Part shown: piece by piece, positions 18,423-29,531 of the stretch | Layout: every line of letters starts with the position of its first letter | How positions within the stretch are numbered: position 1 is the stretch's first letter | DNA from: an uncultured Clostridia bacterium | GTDB lineage: Bacteria > Bacillota > Clostridia > TANB77 > CAG-508 | Reading direction: 5' to 3' | DNA: 64,000 nucleotides | Assembly (NCBI GenBank): GCA_944386655.1 | Contig: CALXBX010000009.1 | Coordinates: 67,833-131,832, forward strand | The notes under the pieces: generated by a model | Told to the model about the DNA's origin: nothing | Databases searched by the model: none | Seen by the model: only the letters and a program-made list of their open reading frames with translations | Program-made: the position numbers and the translations under genes

Positions 18423-19121
18423 GTGAAACAAATTGGATTTATTGGAGCTTACGATAAAACAGACTTTATTCTATATATTGCAAAGATATTAGTAGAGATG
18501 GGAAAGAAAGTAATATTGGTGGATGGAACCATTACACAAAAGGCAAAGTATGTGGTTCCTACCATCAAGCCTTCTACTACCTATATGACAGAATTTGAAG
18601 GTGTTGATGTGGCAGTAGGCTTTGAAAATTTTGAAAATATAAGAGAATATTTAGCAATGCCAGATACAGATTCCCTAGAATATGATTATGCCCTACTAGA
18701 TGTAGATACTGCAAAAGCAGTAGAAGCATGGAATATTGAACAAGCAGATAAAAATTATTTTGTTACATCTTTTGATATGTACTCTTTAAAAAAAGGGATA
18801 GAAGCACTTAGTGGATTAAAAGAACCAATTCATGCTACTAAAATTCTTTTTTCTAGGAATGCATTAAAAGAAGAAGATGATTACTTAAACTTTTTGTCAT
18901 TAGGAACCAAGGTGATTTGGGATTCCGAGGTAATTTATTTGCCTTTTGAAGTTGGAGATCAAACCGTTATTTATAATAACCAAAGAGTACATAAAATAAA
19001 ATTCAAAAAATTAAGCAATCAGTACAAAGTAGGTCTGCAGTATGTGGCACAAAAAATATTAGAAGAACAAGAGTATCGTCTACTAACAAAAGCATTTAAG
19101 AAGATAGAAAGAGGCGTATAG
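18423..19121 (+). CDS. TadZ/CpaE-like deviant ParA/MinD-fold protein (no Walker A lysine)
   Basis: MinD-like architecture (IGFIGAYDKTDF in place of GGVGKTT; VILVDG; YDYALLDVDT). Confidence 0.5.
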   Translation: MKQIGFIGAYDKTDFILYIAKILVEMGKKVILVDGTITQKAKYVVPTIKPSTTYMTEFEGVDVAVGFENFENIREYLAMPDTDSLEYDYALLDVDTAKAVEAWNIEQADKNYFVTSFDMYSLKKGIEALSGLKEPIHATKILFSRNALKEEDDYLNFLSLGTKVIWDSEVIYLPFEVGDQTVIYNNQRVHKIKFKKLSNQYKVGLQYVAQKILEEQEYRLLTKAFKKIERGV

Positions 19122-19159
19122 AAGCTAAATGAATCTTAGGAAAGGAACGTGTAAGAAAA

Positions 19160-20005
19160 ATGGCAGTTGTCGCTTTTTGGAGTAATGAAGAAAAAGAAAC
19201 GGGACAATCTTTATCTATGGTTGCACTAACTACTTATATGGCAATAGAACATAATTACCGTATATTAGAAATTAGTACCGGTTTTCAAGACACAACAGTG
19301 GAGGATTCTTATTGGGATTTAGAAAAAACAGAAAATTTAGTAAAAAACTTAACAAATAAGAAAAAAGAAGAAGTTGTTTTTGAATCTGGCATAGAAGGAT
19401 TAGTAAAAATTATTACAAGTGGAAAAACTTCTACTGCAATTATATCTAATTATACCAAAATTGTATTTAAAGATAGATTAGATGTGCTATTAGCGCCAAA
19501 GACAAAAAACTATGAAGAATATAAAGAAATAGCTCAATATTATGCAGATATTCTACAAGTAGCTAATCGAAATTATGATTTGGTATTTATAGATATTTCT
19601 AAAAAGATGCCACAAGAGCAAATTGATAAAATATTAGAAATGGCAGATGTAATAGTTGTAAATATTACTCAAAAATTGAAAATGATTAATCGCTATACAG
19701 AGCTTAGAGAACAAAATCCATTTTTTAAGAAAAATAATATTTTAATTAATATTGGACGTTATGATAAATTCTCTAAATATAATGTAAAAAATATTTCTAG
19801 GTATATGCGTGAAAAGAAAAGTGTACTTGCAGTTCCTTATAATACTTTATTTTTTGAAAGCTGCAGTGAAGGAAAAGTAGCAGATTTTTTTGTAAGATTA
19901 AGAACAGCAGATGCAGAAGATAGAAACGGAGTTTTTATGCAGGAAATAGACAGATTTGCAAAAGCTTTAATCTATAAATTACAGGAGTTACAAATGAAAT
20001 TATAA
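19160..20005 (+). CDS. second TadZ/CpaE-like deviant ParA/MinD-fold protein
   Basis: VAFWSNEEKETGQSLSMVAL in Walker A position, YDLVFIDIS, ADVIVVNIT typical MinD/ParA spacing. Confidence 0.5.
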   Translation: MAVVAFWSNEEKETGQSLSMVALTTYMAIEHNYRILEISTGFQDTTVEDSYWDLEKTENLVKNLTNKKKEEVVFESGIEGLVKIITSGKTSTAIISNYTKIVFKDRLDVLLAPKTKNYEEYKEIAQYYADILQVANRNYDLVFIDISKKMPQEQIDKILEMADVIVVNITQKLKMINRYTELREQNPFFKKNNILINIGRYDKFSKYNVKNISRYMREKKSVLAVPYNTLFFESCSEGKVADFFVRLRTADAEDRNGVFMQEIDRFAKALIYKLQELQMKL

Positions 20006-20036
20006 TAGCCCTAAAGAAAGGAGCTTAGAAAAGATT

Positions 20037-22008
20037 ATGATAATAAATCTACTATTGATTATTGTGGTGCTATTAGGTGCAGGTTTCCTAATTGCACGTA
20101 ACTTAATGAAAAAGCAAAATCAAAAGGCAGAAGAACAAGTTCATGTGGATGATAAAACTTATACATTAGAGGTAATGACTGCCTTTGTAAAGAAAAGACT
20201 AGATGAAATTACAAAAATCAACCTTTATGATATTGGTCTTTCAGAAGAAGAGTTAAAAAGAAGAAAGAACAAAAAGTATGAATTAAAAAAGGCTTTAAAA
20301 GGTTGTACTTATGGAGATGTAAACGATAAAAAGTATGTAAAAGAATTGATTTATGATATGCTTGCAAAAGAATATGGTGTTACAGAAGTCAATGTATCAC
20401 AAGCTATTCCTTTTGATGTACCATCTCTACTTACAGCACAAGATAAATTTGATATTATTTTATATATGTATAAAAATGAATTTGGCTATGAAGCACTTAC
20501 AGAAATTATGAAAAAGTACGATTTGGCCAGATTAAAATATGTCTCTGGAGAAACAAAGCCTTGCTATGTTATTACAGAAGAAGAAATTAATGACATATTT
20601 GAAAAAGAAAATTTTGTACTTTCTTTCCAAGATAAATTAAATGTAGTAGTACAAAGAATTTATCAACATTATAAAGGTTATAGCAGTATAGATGAAATTA
20701 GAGATATGAACATTGATGGTATTTCTGGTGGTGTATCAGGACTTCCAGAAAGCTTCTTGAGTCAGGTAGCACAAACAGATAGTGATTATTTAGGACAAAT
20801 TGTAGAACATAAAGTACCGCGTGCTTGTGATAGTATTTGGATTATGTTCCAAGGTAAATCGATTAGACTTGCTTTCCTTTCTTTTGGAACAGAGGCAGAA
20901 TTAAAAAGAGTGTGCCAGAATATTTATAAATACAATAACCCAGGACAGTTATCCGATACCAATGGTTATAAGATTAACGAAATGAAAGATGGTTCTCGTG
21001 TTGTAGTAGTAAGACCAAGTATGTCTGAAACATGGGCATTCTTTGTTAGAAAATTCGACGTAAAACGTGCTACATTGGAACAAATTGTTCGTTTCCCAGG
21101 AAAAGAAGAAACCATAGACTTACTAAAATACTTAGTAAAAGGAGCAAGAATTATTTCTCTTACAGGAGAGCAAGGTTGCCGGAAAAACAACTATGCTGAT
21201 GGCTATGATAGAAAATATATACGAAACTATGAACCTTCGTATTACAGAAACGGCGTTCGAGCTTCACTTAAGAAAAATATACCCAACCAGAAACATTTTG
21301 TCTATGCGTGAGACAGAAACTATCTCTGGACAAGAGTGTTTGGACGTTCAGAAGAAAACTGACGGTTCCGTTAATATCATTGGTGAGGTTGCAACAGACC
21401 CTGTAGCATCTTGGATGATTCAATCTGCACAGGTTGCATCTAAATTTACCTTATTTACCCACCATGCTAAAACATTCCCAGACTTAGTAACTGCACTTCG
21501 TAACTCTATGCTTCGTGCTGGAGTGTTCAAAGACGAAAGAACAGCAGAAGAGCAAGTTGTGCAAGTATTAAACTTTGATATTCACTTAGTAAAAGACTTT
21601 AGAGGAAGAAGATACATAGAAAGAGTAACAGAATGTATACCAGTAGAAGACAAAAATGAGTATACCTTTGACCATAGAAAAGAAACTACATTAGAAGGTA
21701 AATTCGACAAATTCATGGATAATGCAACTTATTACTTCTCTAAAACAACAAATAGAGAGTTATATCATTATAGAAATATTCTAGAATATCATGATGGAGA
21801 ATATGTACTTACAAACCCAATTTCTGATAAAAACATTAGAGAAATGTTAGTAAATATGGATGACACAGATGCAGAAGAGTTTGAAAAATTTGTAGAAAGA
21901 AACTGGGGCAAGAAGATAAGCAAATATGATGATGAGAAAAAAACAGAAGAAGTAACGAAGAAACGTACTAGAAGAACAAAGCAAAACATGAATCCAGCAG
22001 AAGCTTAA
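20037..22008 (+). CDS. tadA: TadA/CpaF (VirB11-family) secretion ATPase; +1 frameshift inside Walker A at 21180
   Basis: ORF 20037..21311 reads TGEQGCRKNN…, ORF 21193..22008 reads MLMAMIEN…RITETAFELHL…IIGEVATDP…FTHHAKTF (CpaF-like). Removing c21180 restores the Walker A GEQGCGKTTMLMAM. Confidence 0.7.
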
Positions 22009-22052
22009 AGAAAGATACAAAACAAAATAGTAGAGGGAGGTAGCTAAAAAAC

Positions 22053-24134
22053 ATGAATACACAAATGCTAATGTATTTAATGATTGGCTGTGGAGTAATA
22101 TTATTTGCTATTATTGCTGCATTTATTGTAATGCAGAAAAATAACAAAGAAAGAAAATACATAGAGCAATTACGTGAAGGTACTAAAACCTCTACTTTTT
22201 CTACAGAAATTCTTTATCAAAAATTATATGTATTTTATTTAAAAACGCCATTTTTAAAACGATATTTATTAAAGTTAAGAAGAAGATTAGAGATTATTAA
22301 TATTGATGATGAGTACCTAACAAGAATGCAGTCTGCTAAAATTTTAACGAGGTCACTTGTTTTAGTTATTCCTATTACAATTGCCATTATCGTATTAACT
22401 AGTCAAAATTTATTATTAATGAGTATATTACTTATTTTTGAAATTTTCTTATTAGATACTTTTATTGATGGTAGAGTAGATAAAATTGATAATAATTTGT
22501 TAAAACAACAAATTAATTTCTTCTCAGAAATTAGACATGCTTATCATGAATTTAATATGGTAGAAGAGGCTATTTATCAAACAGCACAAGATGATGATAA
22601 CCCAGAAATGGCAAGACAAGCAGAGAAGATATATGAAGTATTAATTTCAGACGACCCAGAATCGGAACTAGAAAAATATTATGATGTGGCACCAAATAGT
22701 TACTTAAAAGAATTTGCAGGTGTTTCGTACTTAACAAAAGAATTTGGTGATAGAAAAGTAGATGGGGCATCTCTTTATTTAAAAAACTTAAATAATATTA
22801 CACAAGAGATGCAGCTAGAAATTTTAAAAAGAGATAAATTAGACTATGTTTTTCAAAGTTTATCTGTCATTGCTATTGTTCCTATGTTATGCTTAGAGCC
22901 AATTAAGAACTGGGCAATTTCGCAGTTTAGCTTTGTAGAAAGTTTCTACAATGGTAAAGGCGGTATGTTAGTTCAAATCCTTATTTTGGTAGCTACTTTC
23001 GTTTGTTATATATTAACTAGAAAATTGAAAGATAACGGTTCTACTGCAAAAAATACCAAGAATACAGAAAATCCATGGCAAGAAAAATTATATAAAATTG
23101 GCATTGTGAAGAAAATAGTGGATTTATTTATTCCTAAAGAGGGAACAAAAGAAGATAGAAAAATTAAAACACTTATGAAAAATGCAGCAAGTAAAGATAA
23201 AATTCAATGGATTTATATTAACCGTTTATTACTGTGCATTGTATCTTTCTTTGTAGCGTTATTCCTATTTGGACAAATGCATCAATTGGCAATTAATAAT
23301 GTTTATACAGAACCAACGCAAACCTATGATATTATTGGGCAAATGTCGGAAAAAGATAGACTAGCGGCAATGGAAGTTACAGAATCGGATAATAAATATA
23401 TAGAAAGATTTAAAAATCAAAATCCACTAGAGCAATCTGATATAGAAAGAGCAATGGAAAGAGGAATTGTGGATGATGTTTATTTAGAAAGTACAGCAGA
23501 TGAAATAGAAACAGCAGCAGAAAGAATTATGGAAAAAATTGCACTTGTTAATAGCGAATATTTAAGTTGGCTAGAAGTATTAGGTTCTATGCTAATTGCG
23601 CTAATTGCTTACATGATGCCAATTTGGATGCTAATTTTCCAAACAAAAATGAGGCAATTAGAAATGGAAGATGAAATTATGCAATTCCAAACCATTATTC
23701 TAATGCTAATGAGAATAGAAAGGGTAAATGTAGAAATTATATTAGAGTGGCTAGAAAGATATTCTAATATTTTCAAAGATCCTATCAGCAAGTGTGTAAA
23801 TAACTATGAAAGTGGAGCATGGGAAGCTTTAGAGGCGATGAAAGAAGACGTTACCTATCCACAATTTATCCGAATTATAGAAAGTTTGCAAGCAGCTGTA
23901 GAAAAAATACCAATTACAGACGCTTTTGATGAATTGGATACAGAAAGAGATTATTATCAAGAAAAAAGAAAAGAATCTAACGAAAGATTAATATCTAGAA
24001 AAGGCATGATCGGAAAGGCAATAGGATTTGCACCAATGATACTACTATTTGTAGGATATTTAATTATACCATTAGTATTTATTGGACTAACCAGTATGAC
24101 ATCTTCCTTTAGTTCTATGTCAGCTACTTTATAG
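22053..24134 (+). CDS. TadB-TadC fusion (tandem GspF-like platform membrane protein, 693 aa)
   Basis: Two repeats of helical cytoplasmic domain + TM hairpins; immediately follows tadA. Confidence 0.6.
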   Translation: MNTQMLMYLMIGCGVILFAIIAAFIVMQKNNKERKYIEQLREGTKTSTFSTEILYQKLYVFYLKTPFLKRYLLKLRRRLEIINIDDEYLTRMQSAKILTRSLVLVIPITIAIIVLTSQNLLLMSILLIFEIFLLDTFIDGRVDKIDNNLLKQQINFFSEIRHAYHEFNMVEEAIYQTAQDDDNPEMARQAEKIYEVLISDDPESELEKYYDVAPNSYLKEFAGVSYLTKEFGDRKVDGASLYLKNLNNITQEMQLEILKRDKLDYVFQSLSVIAIVPMLCLEPIKNWAISQFSFVESFYNGKGGMLVQILILVATFVCYILTRKLKDNGSTAKNTKNTENPWQEKLYKIGIVKKIVDLFIPKEGTKEDRKIKTLMKNAASKDKIQWIYINRLLLCIVSFFVALFLFGQMHQLAINNVYTEPTQTYDIIGQMSEKDRLAAMEVTESDNKYIERFKNQNPLEQSDIERAMERGIVDDVYLESTADEIETAAERIMEKIALVNSEYLSWLEVLGSMLIALIAYMMPIWMLIFQTKMRQLEMEDEIMQFQTIILMLMRIERVNVEIILEWLERYSNIFKDPISKCVNNYESGAWEALEAMKEDVTYPQFIRIIESLQAAVEKIPITDAFDELDTERDYYQEKRKESNERLISRKGMIGKAIGFAPMILLFVGYLIIPLVFIGLTSMTSSFSSMSATL

Positions 24135-24152
24135 GAAAATGGGTGATGAAAA

Positions 24153-24782
24153 ATGGAAAATGCGTCAAAAGCACTGATTATGGCAGGTGGAATATTTATT
24201 GCCATATTAGTAATAACTCTTTTAGTATTTTTTTATAACAATATAGTAACTGTTCAAAATGCAGATGAGCAGGCAGAAATCATAGAACAATCGGCAGAAT
24301 TTAATAAGCAATATGATGTATATAATAGAAATAATTTATATGGAAGCGAAGTTTTATCATTAGCAAATAAAATGGAGGATTACAATAGAAAAGAAGCAGC
24401 AGAAAAAGGTTATCCAGAAATGGAAATGGAAGTAACCATTAATGACAATGTAGGAACCTATTTTACACGTGGAACTTATTCTGCTCAGCAATTGCAAAAT
24501 ACGCTAGCAAATTTACAAGCAAAAGAAGAGGAATATGCAAATGTTTCTTATTGTGGTAGAAGAATTAGTGATTTATCTACTATGAGAACAAATGAGTTAC
24601 AACAATTATTTAAAGATAACAACAATACAGGAAAACTTGCAGAAGCACAAGCAGTCATTACAAAATATGTTACGCTAAAAGCAGAAGAGACAGAAATGAG
24701 AACAAAAGGATTTCGATGTACACAAGTAGTATATGATGACCAGACAGGTAGAATTGTTTTAATGAAATTTGCATCTACCTAG
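24153..24782 (+). CDS. minor pilin-like protein (MENASKAL family)
   Basis: N-terminus MENASKALIMAGGIFIAILVITLLVF; C-terminal FRCTQVVYDDQTGRIVLMKF shared with paralogs. Confidence 0.5.
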   Translation: MENASKALIMAGGIFIAILVITLLVFFYNNIVTVQNADEQAEIIEQSAEFNKQYDVYNRNNLYGSEVLSLANKMEDYNRKEAAEKGYPEMEMEVTINDNVGTYFTRGTYSAQQLQNTLANLQAKEEEYANVSYCGRRISDLSTMRTNELQQLFKDNNNTGKLAEAQAVITKYVTLKAEETEMRTKGFRCTQVVYDDQTGRIVLMKFAST

Positions 24783-24845
24783 AGAAAAGCGAAGAAAACT
24801 GTAATTTTGTTTTAAAGGTACAACGTAGGAAAGGAAGGGTGAAAA

Positions 24846-25355
24846 ATGGAAAATGCATCAAAGGCATTGCTAATGGCTGCTGCCATTTTGTTAGGAATTA
24901 TGATTATTTCTGTTGGCGTTGCTATTTTTAACACCCTTTCTGGTTTTAGTCAATCTACCATAGCACGAATGCAAGAAAAACAAGTAGCAGAGTTTAATAG
25001 TAATTTTACAAAATATTATGGACAAATAGATGGAAAAGCTATTCAACTAACAATTCATGATATTATAACTGTGGCTAACTTTGCAAAACAGAGTAATATA
25101 GAGAATGAATTGCAAGAAGAAACCGGGTATAACGAATATACCAATTATGTACAAGTAGATGTTAAAATTGGAGGAACAACTATTACAAAACTAGAAAAAC
25201 AGGATGTTAGTACGTATCAAACTTTAATTCAGAATAACAGTTTAGTAGCAGATGAAAATGGAAAATTAACGCAGACAAAGTATTTTATTTGTACCAATTT
25301 GCTTTATAGTGAACAAACAGGTCGAGTTATGTATATCTCTTTTTCAGATAATTAA
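24846..25355 (+). CDS. minor pilin-like protein (MENASKAL family)
   Basis: MENASKALLMAAAILLGIMIISVGVAIF…; C-terminal YFICTNLLYSEQTGRVMYISF. Confidence 0.5.
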   Translation: MENASKALLMAAAILLGIMIISVGVAIFNTLSGFSQSTIARMQEKQVAEFNSNFTKYYGQIDGKAIQLTIHDIITVANFAKQSNIENELQEETGYNEYTNYVQVDVKIGGTTITKLEKQDVSTYQTLIQNNSLVADENGKLTQTKYFICTNLLYSEQTGRVMYISFSDN

Positions 25356-25441
25356 ATTTGTAAAATTTGGTACTAAAATGTAAAAAAAAGTCATTGCAAA
25401 ATGGAAATAATGATGTTATAATAAAAAAAGGAAGAGACAAT

Positions 25442-25870
25442 ATGAAAAAAACATTTTTAATTTTATGTTGTAGTATTATTCTTCTAGTAATTGTTTTTTC
25501 ATTTCTATATTATAATTATCAAGCTGGTATAGCACAGGCACAAAAAAATAATCAGGAATACGAAAGCTATACTACCAACCAAATATTAGGTTCTAGCTTA
25601 ATGACATTAATGAATAAGGCTAGTAATGATAATGAAAAAAATAATGTAGAAAAAGATGCAGAAGGAATGTATATAGAAAATGATACGAATTCTATAAAGA
25701 TAGAAGTAAAGTTTTTAGAAGCAGATATCATAGTAAGTATGGAAAAAATACAAAGCTTAGGAGAAGAACAATTCTTAAAAAATTATCGTAGCATGTCATT
25801 TTCATGTACAAAAAAAGAGTATCATGAAAAAACAAAACAAATCAAATATTTATTATTTGAACAAGTGTAG
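25442..25870 (+). CDS. small membrane protein
   Basis: MKKTFLILCCSIILLVIVFSF… single N-terminal TM; the listed ORF extends upstream without an RBS. Confidence 0.4.
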   Translation: MKKTFLILCCSIILLVIVFSFLYYNYQAGIAQAQKNNQEYESYTTNQILGSSLMTLMNKASNDNEKNNVEKDAEGMYIENDTNSIKIEVKFLEADIIVSMEKIQSLGEEQFLKNYRSMSFSCTKKEYHEKTKQIKYLLFEQV

Positions 25871-25949
25871 TTATTAATTTTCATAAGGAGAAACCTTATG
25901 AAGTAAATATATAAATATATTATTATATAATCAAAGGAGGAAATTTATT

Positions 25950-26387
25950 ATGGAGAATGCATCAAAAGCATTAATTATTGCAGGAGCTATTATATTAGCA
26001 ATTTTAATTATAGCGCTAGGAATGGCGGTATTTAATATGGCATCTAACCCAGCACAAGATGCTGCAGCAAGTATTGAATCACAGGCGGCACAAGCTTTTA
26101 ATTCAACATTTGAGCCATATATTAAAACAAATATTACAGGATCTAGTGTACGTTCTTTATATGATGCTGTAAGACAAAATAATGTTAGAAACGCATCAGA
26201 CGAATCTATGATAATTACAATAGATGGAGCAACAACAGCAGCAGATATTAACACAAAAAGAGCAGCCATCCAAACAGGAAAGAGATATGATGTAACAGCA
26301 GATTATAGTACATCAACAGGATATATTACCACTATTACTGTTACAGAAGCTGGAAGCTCTAGCGGTGGTTCAGGTAGCGGTTCATAA
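25950..26387 (+). CDS. minor pilin-like protein (MENASKAL family)
   Basis: RBS aaaggagg; MENASKALIIAGAIILAILIIALGMAVF…; Gly/Ser-rich C-terminus. Confidence 0.5.
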   Translation: MENASKALIIAGAIILAILIIALGMAVFNMASNPAQDAAASIESQAAQAFNSTFEPYIKTNITGSSVRSLYDAVRQNNVRNASDESMIITIDGATTAADINTKRAAIQTGKRYDVTADYSTSTGYITTITVTEAGSSSGGSGSGS

Positions 26388-26412
26388 ACAAAAAAAGTAA
26401 AGGATATAAGTT

Positions 26413-27153
26413 ATGGAAAATGCGGTAGAAGCTATTAAAATGGCATTTGCTGTTATCGTCTTTGTTATAGCTTTGTCTGTCAGTATGTTTACACTTACTC
26501 AGGTAAAAGCAACATCAGATATAGTTTTATATACAGAGGATGAATTAAATTATTACGATTTTCAAGAAGCTACAAATGCTGGTGAAGAAAATAGAATTGT
26601 AGGATTAGAAACTATTATTCCTACTTTGTATAAGTATTATAAAGAAAATTATACGGTGATTTTCCGTGAGGGAAATTACGATTATACAACAGGTCAGTTC
26701 TCTAATGTAAGTTATATGAAATTGTATGAAACTCCATCTAATGTAAATTTATGGACAAGTTCCTATGCTACGTTAGTAAATAACAAATATGGAGAAGGAA
26801 CCATTACTACCATTAGAGGAAATAGACAAATATTTTCTTTTGACTTAGATGAGGAAACTTTAAGGCATGAAGCATGGACAGGAAGCAACGACAAAATCAA
26901 GAATAATTTAGATTGTTTTTTGACAGGGGAAAGTTATTATAATCCTAATAATAATGAAGAATATATTGATTATGGAGCAAGCAAAAACGTTGGAGTAGGT
27001 GGATTTATAGCTCAATATGGTAATAGTAGATTTGTAGAAACCATAGGAGAATACACTTATAATAGTACACAAACAGAAGATAGCACAGTAGAGGCATCTG
27101 TAAACGCAAGAAAAAAAAGAATTATCATTTTTACTCGCATCAAAAATTCTTAG
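26413..27153 (+). CDS. minor pilin-like protein (MENAVEAIKM variant)
   Basis: MENAVEAIKMAFAVIVFVIALSVSMF… then about 215-aa extracellular domain. Confidence 0.45.
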   Translation: MENAVEAIKMAFAVIVFVIALSVSMFTLTQVKATSDIVLYTEDELNYYDFQEATNAGEENRIVGLETIIPTLYKYYKENYTVIFREGNYDYTTGQFSNVSYMKLYETPSNVNLWTSSYATLVNNKYGEGTITTIRGNRQIFSFDLDEETLRHEAWTGSNDKIKNNLDCFLTGESYYNPNNNEEYIDYGASKNVGVGGFIAQYGNSRFVETIGEYTYNSTQTEDSTVEASVNARKKRIIIFTRIKNS

Positions 27154-27176
27154 AATCGAAGTAAGGAGGAAGAAAT

Positions 27177-27701
27177 ATGGGAGATAGTTTAATTACCATT
27201 ATTGCAATATTTTTAGCAGCCATCTTAATGTTCGTGTTTCCACTAATGTCTATGTCAGAAAGAACAGATGATGTATCCCAACTTGCAGTACAAACAGCTA
27301 CTACAGAGTTTGTAGATACTATTAGAACAACAGGAAAATTAACATTAGACGATTATGATAAATATATTCAAACAATTTCATCAACAGGAAATTCCTTTCA
27401 AGTGGATATGTTAGTACAAGTATTGGATGAGAATCCTGGAGTAAAAACAACACAAGCAGAGATGACAAAAATAGGAGAAAACTTATATTATAATTTATAT
27501 ACTAGCCAAATAGAAGATACTTTGCAAAGTAATGGAAGAATTACTTTAAAAGAAGGAGATTTGGTATCTGTATCTGTAAAAAATACAAATCAAACAATCT
27601 CACAATTATTGAAAAATTTCTTCTATCAAATAGCAGGAAATGATACATATCAAATAGCTGCACAGCATGCTGGTATGGTAACCGTAAATGGTACAAAATA
27701 G
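27177..27701 (+). CDS. TadE-like pseudopilin (N-terminal TM)
   Basis: RBS aaggagg; MGDSLITIIAIFLAAILMFVFPLMSM…. Confidence 0.4.
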   Translation: MGDSLITIIAIFLAAILMFVFPLMSMSERTDDVSQLAVQTATTEFVDTIRTTGKLTLDDYDKYIQTISSTGNSFQVDMLVQVLDENPGVKTTQAEMTKIGENLYYNLYTSQIEDTLQSNGRITLKEGDLVSVSVKNTNQTISQLLKNFFYQIAGNDTYQIAAQHAGMVTVNGTK

Positions 27702-27780
27702 AGACAATAAAGATTAGAGTGAATGGTTAGAAAAAAGATCTAACTACTACCATTCTAATCTTTTTTAGAAAGGAAAACAA

Positions 27781-29424
27781 ATGAAATTACAACATTTAGC
27801 TATTATATTTGTTATTATCATATTACCTATTTCTATGGTAGTAACAGCATATATTCAAACGCAAATAGATACAATAAACTTGCAAACAACTTATACATCT
27901 AAATTGCAGAATGCAACTTATGATGCTATTAAAGCTTTTCAGCTAAATACGATTAATAATAAATATTCTAGTGTCAGTGACTCTAAAATTAGAGATATAG
28001 AAGCATCTATTTCTACTTTTTTTAATTCACTTGGTACGAAAATGGGAGAAAATGGAATAGATCAAGAGTCTTTAAATGATTTTGTGCCGGCAATTTTATA
28101 TGTCATGTATGATGGTTATTATATTTATGGAAAATATAGAAATGAAAGTACAGCTAGTTATCAATATGGCTTAAAACCATATATTTATTATTCTTGTCGT
28201 TATGTAAGAGGAACAGATGACTTTGTAGTAAATTATAGTTTAGATAATGCCATTACTGTTTTTGGAAATATAGATGGAACCTATGTAACACGTTCAGGAT
28301 ACCTAATTAATCCTAGTTTAGTTAGCAACATTAATGAGGCAAATAAAACTTTAGTATATGATGGAGAAACAATAGAAAAAGAAATTTTAACAGAGCAAAT
28401 TGTATTATTAAATGAGGCAGGAGAAGTAATTAATAATTCTTCACCAGTTACTTATCAATATACGGTATATCAAAACGCTAAGATTTATTATGATCCTGGT
28501 GCAACAGATGGTATGACTTATTTTTGGTATACAGATAATAAAAAACAAAGAATCTACGATCAAGACATTTTAAATTATGTAACAAGTATGACGATAGGGG
28601 GAAATTTATATAGCGAGAGTGCTTTTCAATATTATAAAGACGCTTATGAATTTAGTACTTGGGTAAATGAACACATGGGAGATGTTACACAAAGTAATGC
28701 AAGAGATATGGATGGAAATAGCATTTCAGATTTTGCAGTAAATACAGGGGAAGAGAAGATATTCCGTTTGAATAGCATTAATAATCCTTTGTTAGATGGC
28801 TCTACCTTTAATGAAAACAGAATAAGTGTTATTAGAAAAAGCATTCAAACAAATTTAGCATCAGCAATTGCAAATTATAATCAAGGAGCAAATAATAGTT
28901 ATCAATTTGTATTGCCAATTTTTTCAGAAGAAGATTGGGACAAATTAGTAAATAACATTTCCGTTGCAACTTTTATGCAAGGTGTACCAATAGGAACAAA
29001 ATATTTTAATAACTATTGTATTATTACCAATGATAAAAATGAAGAAGTAGTAACAGAAGATTCACTTTATGTCATTACAGAAGATGGAGAAGTACATTTG
29101 CCAACTTGTCAAGATATTATAGGAGAAAATGTTATAGGAGTTTATAGTAATGTTTCTTTTGAAAGACAGTCTATTCATATATCAGATACCTATGAAGTGC
29201 ATTATTATCCACATGCGAATAGTAAATGTTATCATTGTATGGTAAATGTGGCTGCCACCTACGATATAGATGGTTTAATTGGGGGAACAATAGAAATTTT
29301 TGATTCTAGTGGAACAAATCAAACTAGAAATATAAAAGGTACAAGTTTAAGAAAACAATATTTAACAGCTTTAGGAAGAGAACGCTACGATTTATATCGT
29401 ACCAATGACTATTTTGGTGTGTGA
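27781..29424 (+). CDS. TadG-like large membrane-anchored pilus-associated protein (547 aa)
   Basis: N-terminal TM MKLQHLAIIFVIIILPISMVV then large extracellular domain; last gene of the cluster; stop overlaps repeat copy b. Confidence 0.4.
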   Translation: MKLQHLAIIFVIIILPISMVVTAYIQTQIDTINLQTTYTSKLQNATYDAIKAFQLNTINNKYSSVSDSKIRDIEASISTFFNSLGTKMGENGIDQESLNDFVPAILYVMYDGYYIYGKYRNESTASYQYGLKPYIYYSCRYVRGTDDFVVNYSLDNAITVFGNIDGTYVTRSGYLINPSLVSNINEANKTLVYDGETIEKEILTEQIVLLNEAGEVINNSSPVTYQYTVYQNAKIYYDPGATDGMTYFWYTDNKKQRIYDQDILNYVTSMTIGGNLYSESAFQYYKDAYEFSTWVNEHMGDVTQSNARDMDGNSISDFAVNTGEEKIFRLNSINNPLLDGSTFNENRISVIRKSIQTNLASAIANYNQGANNSYQFVLPIFSEEDWDKLVNNISVATFMQGVPIGTKYFNNYCIITNDKNEEVVTEDSLYVITEDGEVHLPTCQDIIGENVIGVYSNVSFERQSIHISDTYEVHYYPHANSKCYHCMVNVAATYDIDGLIGGTIEIFDSSGTNQTRNIKGTSLRKQYLTALGRERYDLYRTNDYFGV

Positions 29425-29450
29425 ACTTTAGGGACGTTCCTTAAAGTTCA
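29422..29450. repeat. palindromic repeat, GGGACGTTCC-core family (copy b)
   Basis: tgaactttaGGGACGTTCCttaaagttca. Confidence 0.8.
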
Positions 29451-29531
29451 TAAAAGTGTAATGTAGGAATGTTCTTTAAATAATAAATAAAATAGAAGAA
29501 GTGATAATTTTGAAATTATGACTTCTTTTTT

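Noticed and set aside
24153-27153. Calling the MENASKAL proteins Flp pilins
   Set aside because: They are too long (145-246 aa) and lack the G/XXXXEY Flp processing motif. They are kept as minor pilin or pseudopilin-like proteins of unknown type.
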